Positions 31,328 to 45,490 are shown, counted from the first letter of the stretch. The stretch: 64,000 nucleotides of DNA from Eledone cirrhosa (GCA_964016885.1 OZ024753.1:1488001-1552000); one strand, 5' to 3'. The notes: generated from the letters alone by a model not told the origin. Numbers and translations are program-made.

Positions 31328-32033
31328 ATGGGGAGAAGAAAACTGCATGGTTGCACATGGATAACATGTTATAAAATGAGTCCCTCATCAGTGATTTACC
31401 AACGGTCATAGGTATTTCATTGCATTAAAAATCATATACCTCACGTTGGCGCAATAATAACTAAAATAAGTTATTAGGACAATTAAAACGCGTAAAGCGA
31501 GTGAGACAAGTAAACAACAAAGAGGAAAGCTAACCGAAGATAGGAAGAGGCACAAGCTACATAGTTATTCTATCAGTATAAGCTGGGTGAATATATGAGC
31601 GAGTAGGAAATAGACCTTTCGAGATGAATCCGATGTAAGAAAGAAGGAATCGTTAACGTCGCGAACAGGGGGAAGTGAGAAGGGGAGAAACAGTGAGTGA
31701 GTGAGTGGAAGTGTGAGGAAGAGGTCAGTAGAGAGAAAGTGTTAACTGACATGACAGAGGGGATGAAAGAAAGTAAGAGAAACAGAGAGAACGAGGGAGC
31801 AGTAAGATATATATATATATATACGTATATATATATAATAGTAACAAAGTGTTGTAGTTTGCTTGAAGCATTGTGGAATAAGAAATACAAATTTAAATAC
31901 AATATATAATAGTTATTATCTTCAACACAATATGGTTGCTACAGCTAGTTTCCAACCGTGCATGTGGCTTAAATTGTGCATCAACACGCGTAGATTTTAT
32001 TCATGCAATTATATATGTATGTATGTATGTATG

Positions 32034-32081
<48 letters not shown>

Positions 32082-32289
32082 TAATGGGACTATATATATA
32101 TGTCGTTTTATATATTACAATCTATTCAAATGAGTTTATAATACAACAGTATAAATGGCAAAAAATTTAAATCTCAATATGATTTTATAATCCACCTCAA
32201 GATAGGTAATTAACAATCCAAAGTTTAATCCAATTAGTAAAATTCCAATCACAGTAGTGCTATAATTTCACAGAAAACTTTTAATATAC

Positions 32290-32361
32290 TTACAACCGTT
32301 TCGTCAGACTAATAGGAATGAAATAAAGTTCATTCTTGTAAGAATAGTTCATCAGAGTCAA
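32290..32361 (-). ncRNA. Hammerhead-like fold (core intact, stem I degenerate)
   Basis: The minus strand reads CTGATGA-acta...gaatgaa/ttcattc...tagtctgac-GAAA-cgg-TT. Confidence 0.45.
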
Positions 32362-32399
32362 TTAAAGTCAAATAATTTACCTTACTTGTTTTTATGTAC

Positions 32400-32870
32400 C
32401 AATTCTACATACTGTCCAAAAATAGCTGTGCTAGGAACAGCTCACATCCAGTCCAAGACATTATCGATTAATAGCACAGTTCAAATAGAATAATCTTTAC
32501 ACACAACACACATTCTATACAATATACACATAATGAAATAAAAGTAAATCAATACAGTTCACCTTGTAAGATTAATACCCAATAAAACTCACGTTACACA
32601 CACACCGTACACAAAAGAACAAACGCTAAAATAATGCAAGAAACGACGAGCTAAACTCCATAACGAATGAATACCGATGCAGTAGATTGACAAGAGGAGT
32701 CTATATTTCACCACCAAACCTCCATATATACTAGAACACAAGATGCTACATACACTTCAAATACATCGAGGTGCACCTGATAATGCAATAGAAACTTGCA
32801 TGAAACTGTCGAACAACAGTACCACCACCGCCAACAACACCAACAACAGCAACATCAATAACAACAATCT
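32400..32870 (+). mobile_element. 3' end of an R4/Dong-like non-LTR element
   Basis: A QK.IAVLGTAHI..KTLSI-like C-terminal motif at about 32410-32470, then a UTR-like stretch ending in (AAC)n. Confidence 0.5.
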
Positions 32871-33531
32871 GTCATTGTTAATTAGCTTCAATGTTTTCCC
32901 GATATCTGCTTAATTTTCATTTTGTATTATTTGAAGTTTTTTTTTTCTATAATGTGATATCGTTTCGTTTCTATAGCTCCCGTTTTTATTTTTTATTCAT
33001 AGATTTTAAATACGTTTAAAATGTGAGAGTGAAATGTAAATTTTCTTTCTTTTTAACTGAAAGAAAATCTATATCAATTATAAATATAATTTAAAAAATA
33101 TGTATTTCTTGCTCAATTTATCTTCGTGAATAGATTAGAATTTTCTGAAATATTAATTCGCTTTAGTTGGATAATTGTTGACACTTGTAAACATCAGTTT
33201 TAACTTTGTTTTTTTTATCTATTACGTTTCTCCTCTCCTTGAAACTAACTTTATTGTCACGATCGCTGATAACTTCAAATGCTTCGTGAGACATCAAGTT
33301 TTCGAGGACATGTAATCTTTTCATGGCCAGGAATATTGTCAAGAAAATTGTCACTGGTATTTGAATTATGAAGAGGTTGACATCGATTGAAAAGGAAATG
33401 TATTGAAACTTTTGGGGCGTAGAATTCTGTTTATATTTGACTCATTGAATAAATTATCGTCAGAACTAACAAAAAAAACTCATAAAGCAAATACAATCTA
33501 CAGTCAACAAATAATTGTTACAATTCAACAT

Positions 33532-33576
<45 letters not shown>

Positions 33577-33709
33577 AGAGAGAGAGAGAGAGCACTCGTC
33601 CGATGAGTTCTACATCAATTATTAAAAGAACGCCGAATCCCAATAAACCTCATTTAAATAAAAAAGATTTGTATATGACAACGTAACATTGAGCTTATTG
33701 ACCACCACC

Positions 33710-33752
<43 letters not shown>

Positions 33753-34464
33753 ACAGTAGCAATATAATATCAAATTAGTCCCCATTAAACTCACCTATGA
33801 TAGACACGTTCCAGGTATGACCAACCAGTCTATCTAGGATTCGCTCGCTCTGATCGATCGACAAGATTCCAGACCCCACTCGCTTGCCGAGTGGGGTGGA
33901 CCGCGTTAAATCGGACCAAGGAAACACTGTTTCCAGTGGTCTTACCATTGCTAACACTATTTACTGGTCGCAACTCCTGACAGAAGGAGCAATGTGAAAT
34001 AAATTACTAGCATTCATTTCAATCACCCACAAGAGTAAAAAGTGGTTCTCGAAATCAAAATATAGTGTTGGACAATCGCTATTTCGGAGTTGTCTCCCTT
34101 TTCTTTCCCGAGAAGAAGTATCATTAACGCTAATAATAAATTAATCAAACTTTTTTGTGGCTTACTACATTCATACGTTGTCTCCGTTCTCTCGCCATTT
34201 AACTAAAGTTTAAGTATTCTCTTTGGGCTTCAACTATATCAATCATTCTACTCTCCACATATCAACTTATCGATATCAACTTTCTCTGCAAATTTTATCT
34301 CTCTCTAACCACTGTCTGTCTCTTTCCAAATAATTGGTAACATTATTCACGACCGGCCCTCGTGGGACAGCGCAGCAACGATAATGTCGACATTAATGAA
34401 ATATTAATAAATTAGGTTTTGAATATATGTGTATTTGAATAGATGTGAGTGTATATGTTTGTTT

Positions 34465-34530
<66 letters not shown>

Positions 34531-34623
34531 TTGTGTGTATTTGTATAGATGTGAGTGTATATGCTTATATGTATATGTGTGTGTGTGTGTTTGTGTGTAT
34601 TTGTATAGATGTGAGTGTATATG

Positions 34624-34663
<40 letters not shown>

Positions 34664-35290
34664 AAGTCATTTAGCAACAGTGAGCCACAGGGTAAATCAT
34701 TATATCATCATCATATTCATCATCATAGTCATTATCATAATCGATGATAGATATATTTAACTGACACAAGCAACAACACTATTCTCGTCCAGTTAGTTGT
34801 CTGGTATTATAGAAACAAGGCACACACTGACACAACAACCGTTTTCTACTATATATTGACTTATGGGAATTTCATGATTAGAAGAAATACGAATGATTAA
34901 AGTAACAGGGCATGTTATCAGGTTAACTATATCAATAAATTATTGAGTGATATGATTAGTTCGTGCTATACATCTACCTATTATATAGAAGGCGTGGAGA
35001 ACCTTTTCAATCTGAACGGCCATTAGTAGCTAAAAAAAAAAAAAAAAAAAAAAAAAAAAGATAAATTATTTCAGACTATTTGAGCTGCATAATTTATTAC
35101 ATAGAAAATTACATTGACTAAAATATGAAATTAGTTAACTTCTTTTCTTACGAAATATGATTTTGGGCTTTGAAATCTCATTTGAGATAACTTCAGTGTT
35201 TGATCATAGGTGATGGCTTTTATTTTAGTATTATTATAGTTATCCACACTGGCGCGACTATATTTTCAAATTTACTAACGCTTTTAAGTC

Positions 35291-35322
<32 letters not shown>

Positions 35323-35325
<3 letters not shown>

Positions 35326-35460
35326 AAAGTACACAGGAGTACAACAACGAAAGGTATTGGGTTCACGCTTATTGAGAGTGGGTGCGACGTATCGGGCATA
35401 AGCCCTTCATCAGGAGAGTGATGGGAAGGGGAAGGAATTCGGAGAGGGAGTGAGGGGGGA
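35323..35460 (-). mobile_element. Penelope-like pLTR fragment with mutated minimal hammerhead
   Basis: The minus strand reads CTGATGA-agggcttatgccc-GATA-cg-TC at 35386-35413. The sister copy at 30200-30268 retains GAAACGTC. The tail runs into (TA)n. Confidence 0.6.
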
Positions 35461-35599
35461 GTTGGAAATACAAAGTTTAGTCCTTTATTGATAAGTCTTT
35501 TATCATCTAAACTTTGTATTTCCTTATTCTAAAAATACTCCGTCACTCCTGCGTGGAAAATGCACGTTGAGTTCTTCAATTGAATTACATCAATATTTT

Positions 35600-35646
<47 letters not shown>

Positions 35647-36718
35647 GAATGGTTAACTGATTAGAACTGAACGTAAATGTCGAAGAAACTGGATGTAATT
35701 ATGAAGACATAGATGAGGAGAGGAGGAGGCGGGTGTGGAGGAGGGGGAAGAAGGGGAGGTAATATAATGCAATGAAATGGAAGTAGCGTGCGATTTGAGA
35801 TGTGTTAAGGCTACATTTCAAGCTAAAATGCAATGGAATTAATATTCAATCAATGATTATGCAAATATAATATATTGATATGGTAACGTTACGAAATCTT
35901 TTTTCTTTTTCTATAGTTGTGGTGGCGTTGTTAAATTGAATGAATAGTTATGAAATAAATAGCAGTGGTGGTGTCGATAGAAATTTGTATACTGTGTTTA
36001 ACCGATAAAACACGAACAATTCTATGCTGGTTTATAGAAAATGTCTGTTGCTAGAATGTGATTAATCATGGAACAAGTGGAAAATCGTTTAGCACAAAGC
36101 TTTTCGGGATTACGTGAGATGGTTTTTCGTGTTTTTTGTTTTATTTTGCCGCAACACTGGAGACGAGAAAGTTCTTGAAGTGGCTTTTTAGACTAATTCA
36201 TGCATAACTGTGGCCACATTCTCTTTCTTGAGTTTTCCTTTTTTCATTTTTATTTATATTTATTTATTGTGCGCGTGCGTGCGTGCGTGCGTGCGTGCGT
36301 GTGTGTGTGTCAATGATTCGAAAATATCAAAGATGGTGACTAGATTTTAACGTTGCATTGAATCCTAAGCATCTTTAAATATATAATATCTCTACTGTTT
36401 AACTACTATTAGCAAAATATTCTGAAAATTACAAAATAGCACTCTGACTACATCACATAAAATTGAAGTCTTTAGTCTAAAACTATAAATGTTCACAACT
36501 GTCTGTCTATTAGTAAAGATATTCTGAACATTTCAATTAACAAACCACGCCTGTTTATAATATATTATAAACATTTGAATTAACAAACTCAATTTTAGAC
36601 ATTTAGATATTAATAGTTATGGTGGTAAACTTAAACTACGTTTTGATCTACATTTTTCCCCAGTGTTGTCTTGGCTTATGTGACTGACTATAGATGATTG
36701 CAGCCAAAGTATTTACAG

Positions 36719-36761
<43 letters not shown>

Positions 36762-36932
36762 TAGATGCATTGCCACTGTTACTGTTCCGAATGAAACTTT
36801 TTAATTTATATTAATTAAATTTATATTAGTAGATCTAGCTGACTTAAGGTTCTAATAGTAACTACCTGTAGCACTGATTAACCGATACATTTGTCAGACA
36901 ATATGATTAATTGCTTTACGTATTAATCAATA

Positions 36933-36972
<40 letters not shown>

Positions 36973-36999
36973 TAGTGAAAGAAATTGGCATTTATGTGT

Positions 37000-37510
37000 A
37001 TATATATACATAAATGCCAATTTCTGTCTGTCTGTTTGTGAACCTAAAACTCAAAAACTACCAAACCGATCTTGATGAAACTTGACACATGTGCGGGGCT
37101 CATACCCATTTGATTTCTTACGTATATTTCATTTTAATCAAAGGGTTCCTCGGGGGCTTAAACCACCGCTGAAAACCCCCACTGAAAATGTTTTCCCTTC
37201 GATTTATATGAAATTTAAACCATAGATAAATGACAAGATATGACGCCTATTCACAAACGTTTCGAATCGATATTTTGAAAAAAATTATTTACAAGAAACA
37301 AAATAAGAATAAGATTTAATAATGTAATTATTGATTTGATATATTACAAAAAATAATGTTTTCCAACTTTTCATGCAATACATTTTACATTGTGTAATAT
37401 TGAAATGCAGAGTTTTTCTCCATAAATTGTATCACTGATTTAAAATCAATCATCATTTTCTTACAAAAAAAAATGTGTGAAACGCAGCAAGGTGCGGGTA
37501 ATTCGGCTAG
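37000..37510 (+). mobile_element. Non-autonomous Helitron-like element
   Basis: 5' (CTGT)n and ccgatcttgatgaaacttgacaca motif; 3' short hairpin cgca-gcaagg-tgcg followed by CTAG (37507-37510) and T. Confidence 0.65.
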
Positions 37511-37580
37511 TATATATATATATATAAACAAAATAATGAGGTAATCAACAAAATTATTGAATTAATAATATCAATATTTA

Positions 37581-37694
37581 CCCAGACAATGTGGTTTCGA
37601 GTTAGTGAAACTATTAGTTGCAATTGTATTACAACATGACGTGTTACAGTATATTACAAAAGTAATAGTGGACTGGCTAAATCTCATCAGCGGG
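37581..37694 (-). ncRNA. Type I hammerhead ribozyme fold with long stem II and GUC site
   Basis: The minus strand reads cccg-CTGATGA-gatttag...ctaactc-GAAA-ccacattg-TC-tggg, with canonical G10.1-C11.1. Confidence 0.7.
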
Positions 37695-38794
37695 ATGGAC
37701 TGAACCTGTAATTCAAAGGGCTCGCCCTGTCACAGTATCTATCATGATGGACTTTCAAAGTGCTACCCCTGTCACAGAATGTGTCATGATGGATCTCTCT
37801 GAAGATTACACTAAATGCACACGTATCTATAGAATGCTCAGGCACTTACACGTTTGAAAGAGTCAGCCATGTCAGACAGTGTGTCAAGCTGAATGTCTGT
37901 GCACGTTAATTTCACTAGCTGGCTGTTCCGTTGATCGAACAACTGGGACACTCATCGTCGAATCAGACGGATGTCCATTCCACTGTTAGAAAATTGTATT
38001 TTCATTAAAATATATTTTTTATGGAAAAAATAAAAGATATCAAAATGTTTTTAATGAATAATGTGTGATTTTACACCTTTTTTTTCAATCGAAATTATGT
38101 ATTTAAAAAAATTAAATTTATTAAAGAACAATATCTAATTTATCAAAGAATGTAATTTGCATTATCATTTTTAGATCCTTTTAACTTTCTTTTTATTTTC
38201 TATCTTTCTATCAAACTTTCTTTCTTTCTTCCTATATTTCTTTCTTTCTTTCTTTCTTTCTTTCTTATCTTTCTTTCCGTCTTTCAACAATTCGTTTGTT
38301 TATTGTTTAAATAATCCATTCTTTCTCTTTGCCAGTTTGTCTGCATGCCTGCATGCTTGCCTGTCTGCCAGCCTGTCTGTCTGCATGTTCTCATGTCAGT
38401 CTGTCTGTCTGTCTTTCTTACAAAATCTTCATTCCCCCCCCCCCCCCCCCCCTACATCATCATCATATTTTCTTGTCCTTTATTGTTTCGCTGCTGTTAT
38501 TGTTGGTGTTATTGTTGTTGCTGCTATTGTTTCTTCTGATGTTGATGTTGTTATTGTTGTTGTTGATGTTTTTGTTGTTGTTGGTGCTGCTGCTGTTGCT
38601 GTTGTTGTTGACGTTGTTGATGTAGTTGCTGCTGCTCTTGTTGATATTGTTGTTGTTGCTACTGTTGTTGCTGCTACTGCTGTTGTCGTTGTTGTTGTAG
38701 GCATCCATTTTACTTTATATCTGCTCATCTTGAGATTATAATTTTCACGGTATATGACTTACAATTTGGTTCATCAAACTGGCGGAAACAGGAA

Positions 38795-38833
<39 letters not shown>

Positions 38834-39198
38834 TACACAAGCACATACAGACACATCGACATACAGACATATAGAAACATCGACATACAGACACATCGAC
38901 ACATCGACATAGACACACAAACAGAGACAAAAAAATGAACGAACGAAAATATCAAAAAAATTGAACGAAATTAACCCTAAGAATAGACACTACTACTACT
39001 ACTACTACTGCTGCTAATGCTACCACTACTACTACTAGCACCACCACTACCTCTATGACGTCGACATGATTAATCTTTATTTAAAGAATATGGTTTGTTG
39101 TTGATCAACATGATCACCATCACTCTGGAAGTCGGGCAATGATCGGTGGAAGTTCCATATTACCAATAGACACACACACACAGACACTCACTCACATA

Positions 39199-39263
<65 letters not shown>

Positions 39264-40410
39264 ACACACACACACACATTTTTTCGGGGAAGCCTTAAGT
39301 GTCGACTAGAAAAAACTGGCTGAGCTGGTTTGGACTGGAGGACTTCACCCCACCAGGGACTATGGATAACTCCTAGAAATCCTTGGTTTGGCTGTGCTAT
39401 AAATAAGGTGGGTGGCGTGTGGTGATATCGGAGGTGGTGCATTGCTGTTTCGGGATAAACTTTACAGGCATGGAAATGCTGTTAGATGGACCTGTCCGAG
39501 ATGTGCACAGAGCGACGAAACCGATCTGGACGTACACGTCTAATACCTTTAGGGCCTCCAAGAGAAATTTTGCAAGGCGGTACAAAACTCCTTTGGGGCC
39601 CGAATCAGGTAAAGATTTTTCTCAAAATGGATGTTGCATGGTTGCTGTGGGGCCTTCTTAGCTCTTGGGCCTCGGAACAAAGTACTGGCTGGACGCCCCT
39701 CTCATAGGCCCTGAATACCCTCGCATTGCTGACTTGTGGAGTTACGTTGAACAATTGGACTGAGCACATAGTATGCATTTCCTTGTTTATTTCAGCTCTA
39801 TCTATCAATTCACCACATCTCTATATTACTATTATATACTTTATTGGCCCTGACCTGATGGAGCGAAAAACAAAGGACATTCTGGTGTGATTTGAATTCA
39901 GTACATGGTCGGCTTTTACTAAGCACAGCAAATTATTTCCACCATTTTTTCTATCTGGCTCTGACACAACTGTCTATTTCTTTTATAATATTATGAATAA
40001 ACAAACTATAAACCACCTGCTCTATATGTATGACTTACACTGTGTATAACATATAACATACCAGAAAGGTTAATGACATGAGATTAGATAAATTTACCGA
40101 AGCTACTCTACAACAGCCAAACTCATTACAACTCAAATTATTAAATTAGATCTATATGCTGAAATTAGAGAATTAGCAGGTACATACGGGTACTTAGGAT
40201 GAGATAAGTTCAATAAGCTGCAATTTAAAGAAATGGATGATGAAATTAGAAACTGTGTATGTATGTATAATGTCACTGCCCCAGCATGGCCCCAGCTTGT
40301 CGGCGGGAACACGCAATAGACTAATAGAATAAACAAGTGCTACAGGAGCGTAAAACTAATATCAAAAGACAAATGCAATGGTAGAAAGAGGATAATATTT
40401 TAGGATAAAT

Positions 40411-41770
40411 GGATGGTGATGATGATGATGGTGATGATGGTGATGGTGGTGATGGTGGTGATGGTGGTGGTGGTGATGATGGTGGTGATGATGATGATGG
40501 TGATGATGGTGATGATGGTGATGATGATGGTGGTGATGATGATGGTGGTGATGATGATGGTGGTGATGATGATGGTGATAGTGATGGTGATGGTGATGAT
40601 GGTGATGATAATGTTGGTGATGATGGTGGTGATGGTGATGGTGATGATGGTGATGGTGGTGATGGTGGTGATGATGATGATGAGGATGATGGTGATGATG
40701 GTGATGGTGGTGATGAGGATGATGCTCATCGCCATTATCATAACCATTCTGATCATCATCACCATCGTTGCTATCATCGTCACTATTACCCCTCCATCCT
40801 ACAATCTCCACCACTGCTGCCCCCCCCCCCCAACACCACCAATACTACCACCACCACCACCACCCCTACCACTACTACCACCACCAGCAATACCACCACT
40901 ACCACCACCACCACCACTACCACCAATACCACCACTACTACTACCAGCACCAATGCCACCACTACCACCACCAGCTCCAACACCCCCACCAATACTACCA
41001 CCACCAGCAATACCACCACTACCACCACCAACACCCCTACAACTACTACCACCAATACCACCACCACCACCACCACTACCAGCACCAATACCACCACTAC
41101 TACTACCAGCACCAATACCACCACTACTACTACTAGCACCAATGCCACCACTACCACCACCAGCTCCAACACCACCACTACTACTACCAGCACCAATACC
41201 ACCACTACCACCACCACTACCACCAATACCACCACTACCACCACCAGCTCCAACACCCCTACAGCTACTACCACCACCACCACCAATACCACCACCACCA
41301 ATACCACCACCACTACCAATACCACCACCACCACCACTACCACCACCAATACCACCACCACTACCAATACCACCACCACCACCACTACCACCACCACCAA
41401 TACCACCACCACCACCACCACTACCACCACCACCACCACCACCACTACCACCACCAATACCACCACCAATACCACCACCACTACCAATACCACCACCACC
41501 ACCACTACCACCACCACTACCACCAATACCACCACTACCACCACCAGCTCCAACACCCCTACAGCTACTACCACCACCACCACCAATACCACCACCACCA
41601 ATACCACCACCACTACCAATACCACCACCACCACCACTACCAATACCACCACCACCACCACTACCACCACCACTACCACCACCACCACCACTACCACCAC
41701 CAATACCACCACCAATACCACCACCACTACCAATACCACCACCACTACCACTACCACCACCACTACCACC
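40411..41770. repeat. (GAT/GGT)n followed by (ACC/ACT/AAT)n trinucleotide arrays
   Basis: Direct inspection; the arrays contain higher-order internal duplications. Confidence 0.95.
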
Positions 41771-42628
41771 AGTCTTTTCTGTTTTTTCCCCCTATTGACT
41801 TTATTGTCTTAGTTGCTGTTCTTCTTATTTGTTGGTCGATGAAGTGTGAGGCAATTCCAGTTTAGGCGTGAATTGCTATTTATAGTAACTTTCAGGATTT
41901 CTATATTTAAAGATTTCATACAATCATAAAGAAAAAAAATATATATCAAGCTCAACCCCACCACCTCCTCCCGCATACCAACCCACATACCCTTCTCTAT
42001 CTTTCATATCTCCCTCCCGCCGCCATTTCTGGCTAGGTTAGAATTACATCTAAATTTGTATTTTTCTCCCAATGAACTTTGCAGCAGCCAAGATAAAACG
42101 GATCTTTGATTATATATATTAAAGAAACAACAATATCCTCTTCTCCTTCCTCTTCTCCTTCTGCCTCCTTCTTCTGCCTCCTTCTTCCCCCTCCTCCTCA
42201 TCATCATCAATACCATCATCCTCATCGTCTCACCCACCATCACCACCATCATTATCATCATCATCACCATCATTGTTGTCATAATCCCCTATCATCATCA
42301 TCATCATCATCATCCTTATCGTCTCACCCACCACCACTATCATCATCATCACCCGCAACAACCAACATGTCTTCAACAACAACGACAACAACAGGATTAG
42401 CTATGAAAACAACAACAACAAGAAGTGACAGTGACAACAACAGTGACATGATAAACGAATGAAGATAAACGAGCAGAGAAAATAATGGAATCTGTTTAAT
42501 TTTAAACGACACACTAACATAGAAACATATTTTGTTTGGTATTCCATCTGTTTAGTAAAACCTAATTCATTATCTCGTTATAGAAATATAATCAGAAGCA
42601 ACAACAACAATCACAACATATGTAAGCA

Positions 42629-42694
<66 letters not shown>

Positions 42695-42698
<4 letters not shown>

Positions 42699-43190
42699 TA
42701 CTTGGGGAGGGTCATATTTGCGTAATATTGCCAGAATTAATAACAGAACACACTCACTGTTTGGTTGGTTTTCGCTTCTCGCTGTCTTTTATATCTGCGA
42801 TCTAACTTACTCGGTCCTCAATGTTGCCATTGACTGACCGACGGTCAAAAATAATACAGATACAATATAGACACAAACACATATATATAGTTTACATAAT
42901 TTACATAAATCTTTCGTTGCACATCTGCAACATCGTCAGTGGTGTTATAGTCATTGTTCCTCCTGTTGTGTTGTATGTCTACGCCGGTCAGTCAATGGCA
43001 ACATTGAGGACCGAGTAAGTTAGATCGCAGATATAAAAGACAGCGAGAAGCGAAAACCAACCAAACAGTGAGTGTGTTCTGTTATTAATTCTGGCAATAT
43101 TACGCAAATATGACCCTCCCCAAGTATAACAATATCTGTTTCGACACACGATTTCATATAAAAAACCTCGCAAAACTAATTCATCGCCGC
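42695..43190. repeat. Fold-back element with 146-bp perfect inverted arms
   Basis: 42695-42840 is the exact reverse complement of 42985-43130. It is TA-flanked, with related copies at 14898-15011 and 53545-53640. Confidence 0.9.
42903..42946 (-). ncRNA. Hammerhead-like fold in the spacer of a large inverted repeat
   Basis: The minus strand reads acca-CTGACGA-t-gttgca-gatg-tgcaac-GAAA-gatt-TA-tg. Stem II is a perfect 6 bp; stems I and III are weak. Confidence 0.5.
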
Positions 43191-43200
43191 TATATATATA

Positions 43201-43267
43201 TAGAATACACAAGAATCAAAGCTATGTTCAAAGCATTATGCTTTGAACATAGCTTTGATTCTTGTGT

Positions 43268-43273
<6 letters not shown>
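43201..43273. repeat. Perfect 36-bp palindrome between (TA)n runs
   Basis: tagaatacacaagaatcaaagctatgttcaaagcat-t-reverse complement. Confidence 0.95.
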
Positions 43274-43312
<39 letters not shown>

Positions 43313-43540
43313 TAACTGCTCTGTAGAACAACTGTTGTTAATACATTGAGCTATTTATCTTACTGGTAATAAGGTAGTAATAAATTACTGACCTTCCCTG
43401 TTTATGGTTTAAAAATATACATAACTATAAATAGTATCCTTAATATTATATAAATAAAAAATAAAAAAATAAAAATATATATATATAACTTTCCAGGGAT
43501 AAATTGAACCGTTAAGGTATATTATCTTTGGTTATGTCAA

Positions 43541-43640
43541 ATATTTATAAAACATTTTGTATTTTATCTGATGATAGCGTACCAAAATTTTGGTACCCTT
43601 GAAATATATATAATAGAATAAAATATGGTTTTATAAATAT
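43541..43640 (+). ncRNA. Type I hammerhead ribozyme fold with extended stem I
   Basis: tattttat-CTGATGA(43568)-tagcgtaccaaa/tttggtaccctt-GAAA(43601)-tatata-TA-atagaata. The flanks atttataaaac/gttttataaat extend stem I. Confidence 0.7.
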
Positions 43641-43660
43641 AGTTTCCATTTATTTAATAT

Positions 43661-43716
<56 letters not shown>

Positions 43717-43842
43717 GAAAAAAGATGAATCGAAAATGCAACTGGAGTCTTTTTAAAAAAAGTATATATATTTATTTGGTTCCTTTACCGGTTTCGCAGT
43801 TCTGCTTTTCAAAAGTAGAATTGAGATGGAGGGTTTGTGGTT

Positions 43843-43910
<68 letters not shown>

Positions 43911-43927
43911 ATGTATGTATGTATGTA

Positions 43928-44493
43928 TGTATGTATGTATGTATGTATGGTCGTCGCTGACTAAACCGGCAACCCCACCAAGTTTATTTGGCGAGGAGGG
44001 TGATTTTGGACACCCTGCAGGACAAAAAGCAAAACCTGACAAAGGGTGGAAGAACTCATGAGTCAACGGCCATCCAAAAATGTGTTAATATGTATATACA
44101 CATGTATATATGTATGTATATGTATATATATGTGTGTATATGCGCGGAGACATAGAAATAACTGGGCTGGATACACGATTGCGTGATTAAACCACTGGGA
44201 GTGAAGGACCCCTAGCCTTTGTCAGGGCATTCTTCTAGGAGAAGGCAACTCAGGAAACTGGGATAACTCCGATATAAAACCTGTGGCTCAGTAGTAACCG
44301 ATGATGTTGATCTTTTCTTCTTTTCGGGTTATAGCTACTATCGCTCAGAGAGTGGGATTGGCTCAGTGCACAGTCTTTCCTCACTTAAAATAATATTTTC
44401 ACTCACAGGCATTGCACGATAGAATTAATTAATAATTATTAAAAATGGTATATCGTGCAATGGCCATACTCGATAACGAGGGGGCAGTCATCA
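43928..44493 (+). mobile_element. Diverged copy of the RTE-derived element, split by a microsatellite
   Basis: Shares gactaaaccggcaaccccaccaag, ctaggagaagg and the terminal ggccatactcgataacgag. Confidence 0.65.
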
Positions 44494-45419
44494 TGTATGT
44501 ACAACAACAACTGCAATAACTATATAGTCAATTCTATAGAAGCCGGTTATATAAGTGGGACTTTAATGTATCGACTGTGTGAACGTAACATGGTCAAATA
44601 GATAAGAAGTTTGTATTGATAAGACCTTGGGCAAGTGTTATGTACAGTAGCTTCCTGTCAGCCTTTTGAGCGAAATCGGACTGCTGGAAACTAGAAGCCC
44701 ATCAGCTGACTGTAAGCTGTAATTGAAAGTGTCAGCTTATCACACATTGTATCGCATTGGATCTTTTAAAAAATTACCCCAAGGATACATTTATCCATGT
44801 AAATACTCAGTCATATACATGTTAATTTAGCGAATAGGTTGTTCCATTGAATACATGTTGCCGAAACCGACGGAGGGCCATTCTATTGTATCAATTCTGG
44901 TCGAACAATAGATATTAGATAAAGCGGCATTTCACTTGAAGCTTGGGAGGGACAAAAGTAGACAACTTAATTAAATAAATGAAATGAATTTAGTTGGATG
45001 GTGTTGTTTTGGCATTCAAATCTGCATGTCGGGGAACACGAGAAAAACAAATTAATAAATACAACAAATACAATTTTAATTAAATCTAACTCCAAACATG
45101 GCTTGATAATATGTACAGATTTTTGTTTAATTCTGGAATATTTTGGTTTACAGATATTTTTAGGATATCATAGTATTTCACTATTGATTTAGTACTTCTA
45201 CTACCACTACCACCATCACACTACTACCACTACTCATAATACTACTACTACTACTACTACAAACCACTACTACTACCACCACCACCACACTACTTCTACT
45301 ACTACAAACCACTACTACTTCTGCCACCACAACTACTACCACTACTGTCACCATTACTACTACTATCATTCTGTTTTATAAATATTTTTTTTTGTTTTAT
45401 TATTTCTATTCAATGTTTT

Positions 45420-45459
45420 TTATACATATATATATATACATATATTATATATTTGTTTG

Positions 45460-45490
<31 letters not shown>

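Noticed and set aside
31350-31400. CTGATGA...ATAACATGTTA candidate (also 11030, 25369, 29438, 48190)
   Set aside because: GAAA or stem pairing is missing, so it cannot be separated from chance by eye.
39285-39760. GC-richer block as a possible exon
   Set aside because: No recognisable protein in any frame. Weak similarity to the RTE-like 5' region suggests a retroelement remnant.
40362-41812. Poly-His, Asp/Gly, Thr (mucin-like) and Pro ORFs
   Set aside because: Trinucleotide arrays open in several frames on both strands, with no signal peptide, domain or convincing splice context.
42964-43131. Solo-LTR interpretation (TGTT...AACA with TATAAAA)
   Set aside because: Homology with 14898 and 53545 continues past the apparent CA end, and no TSD is visible.
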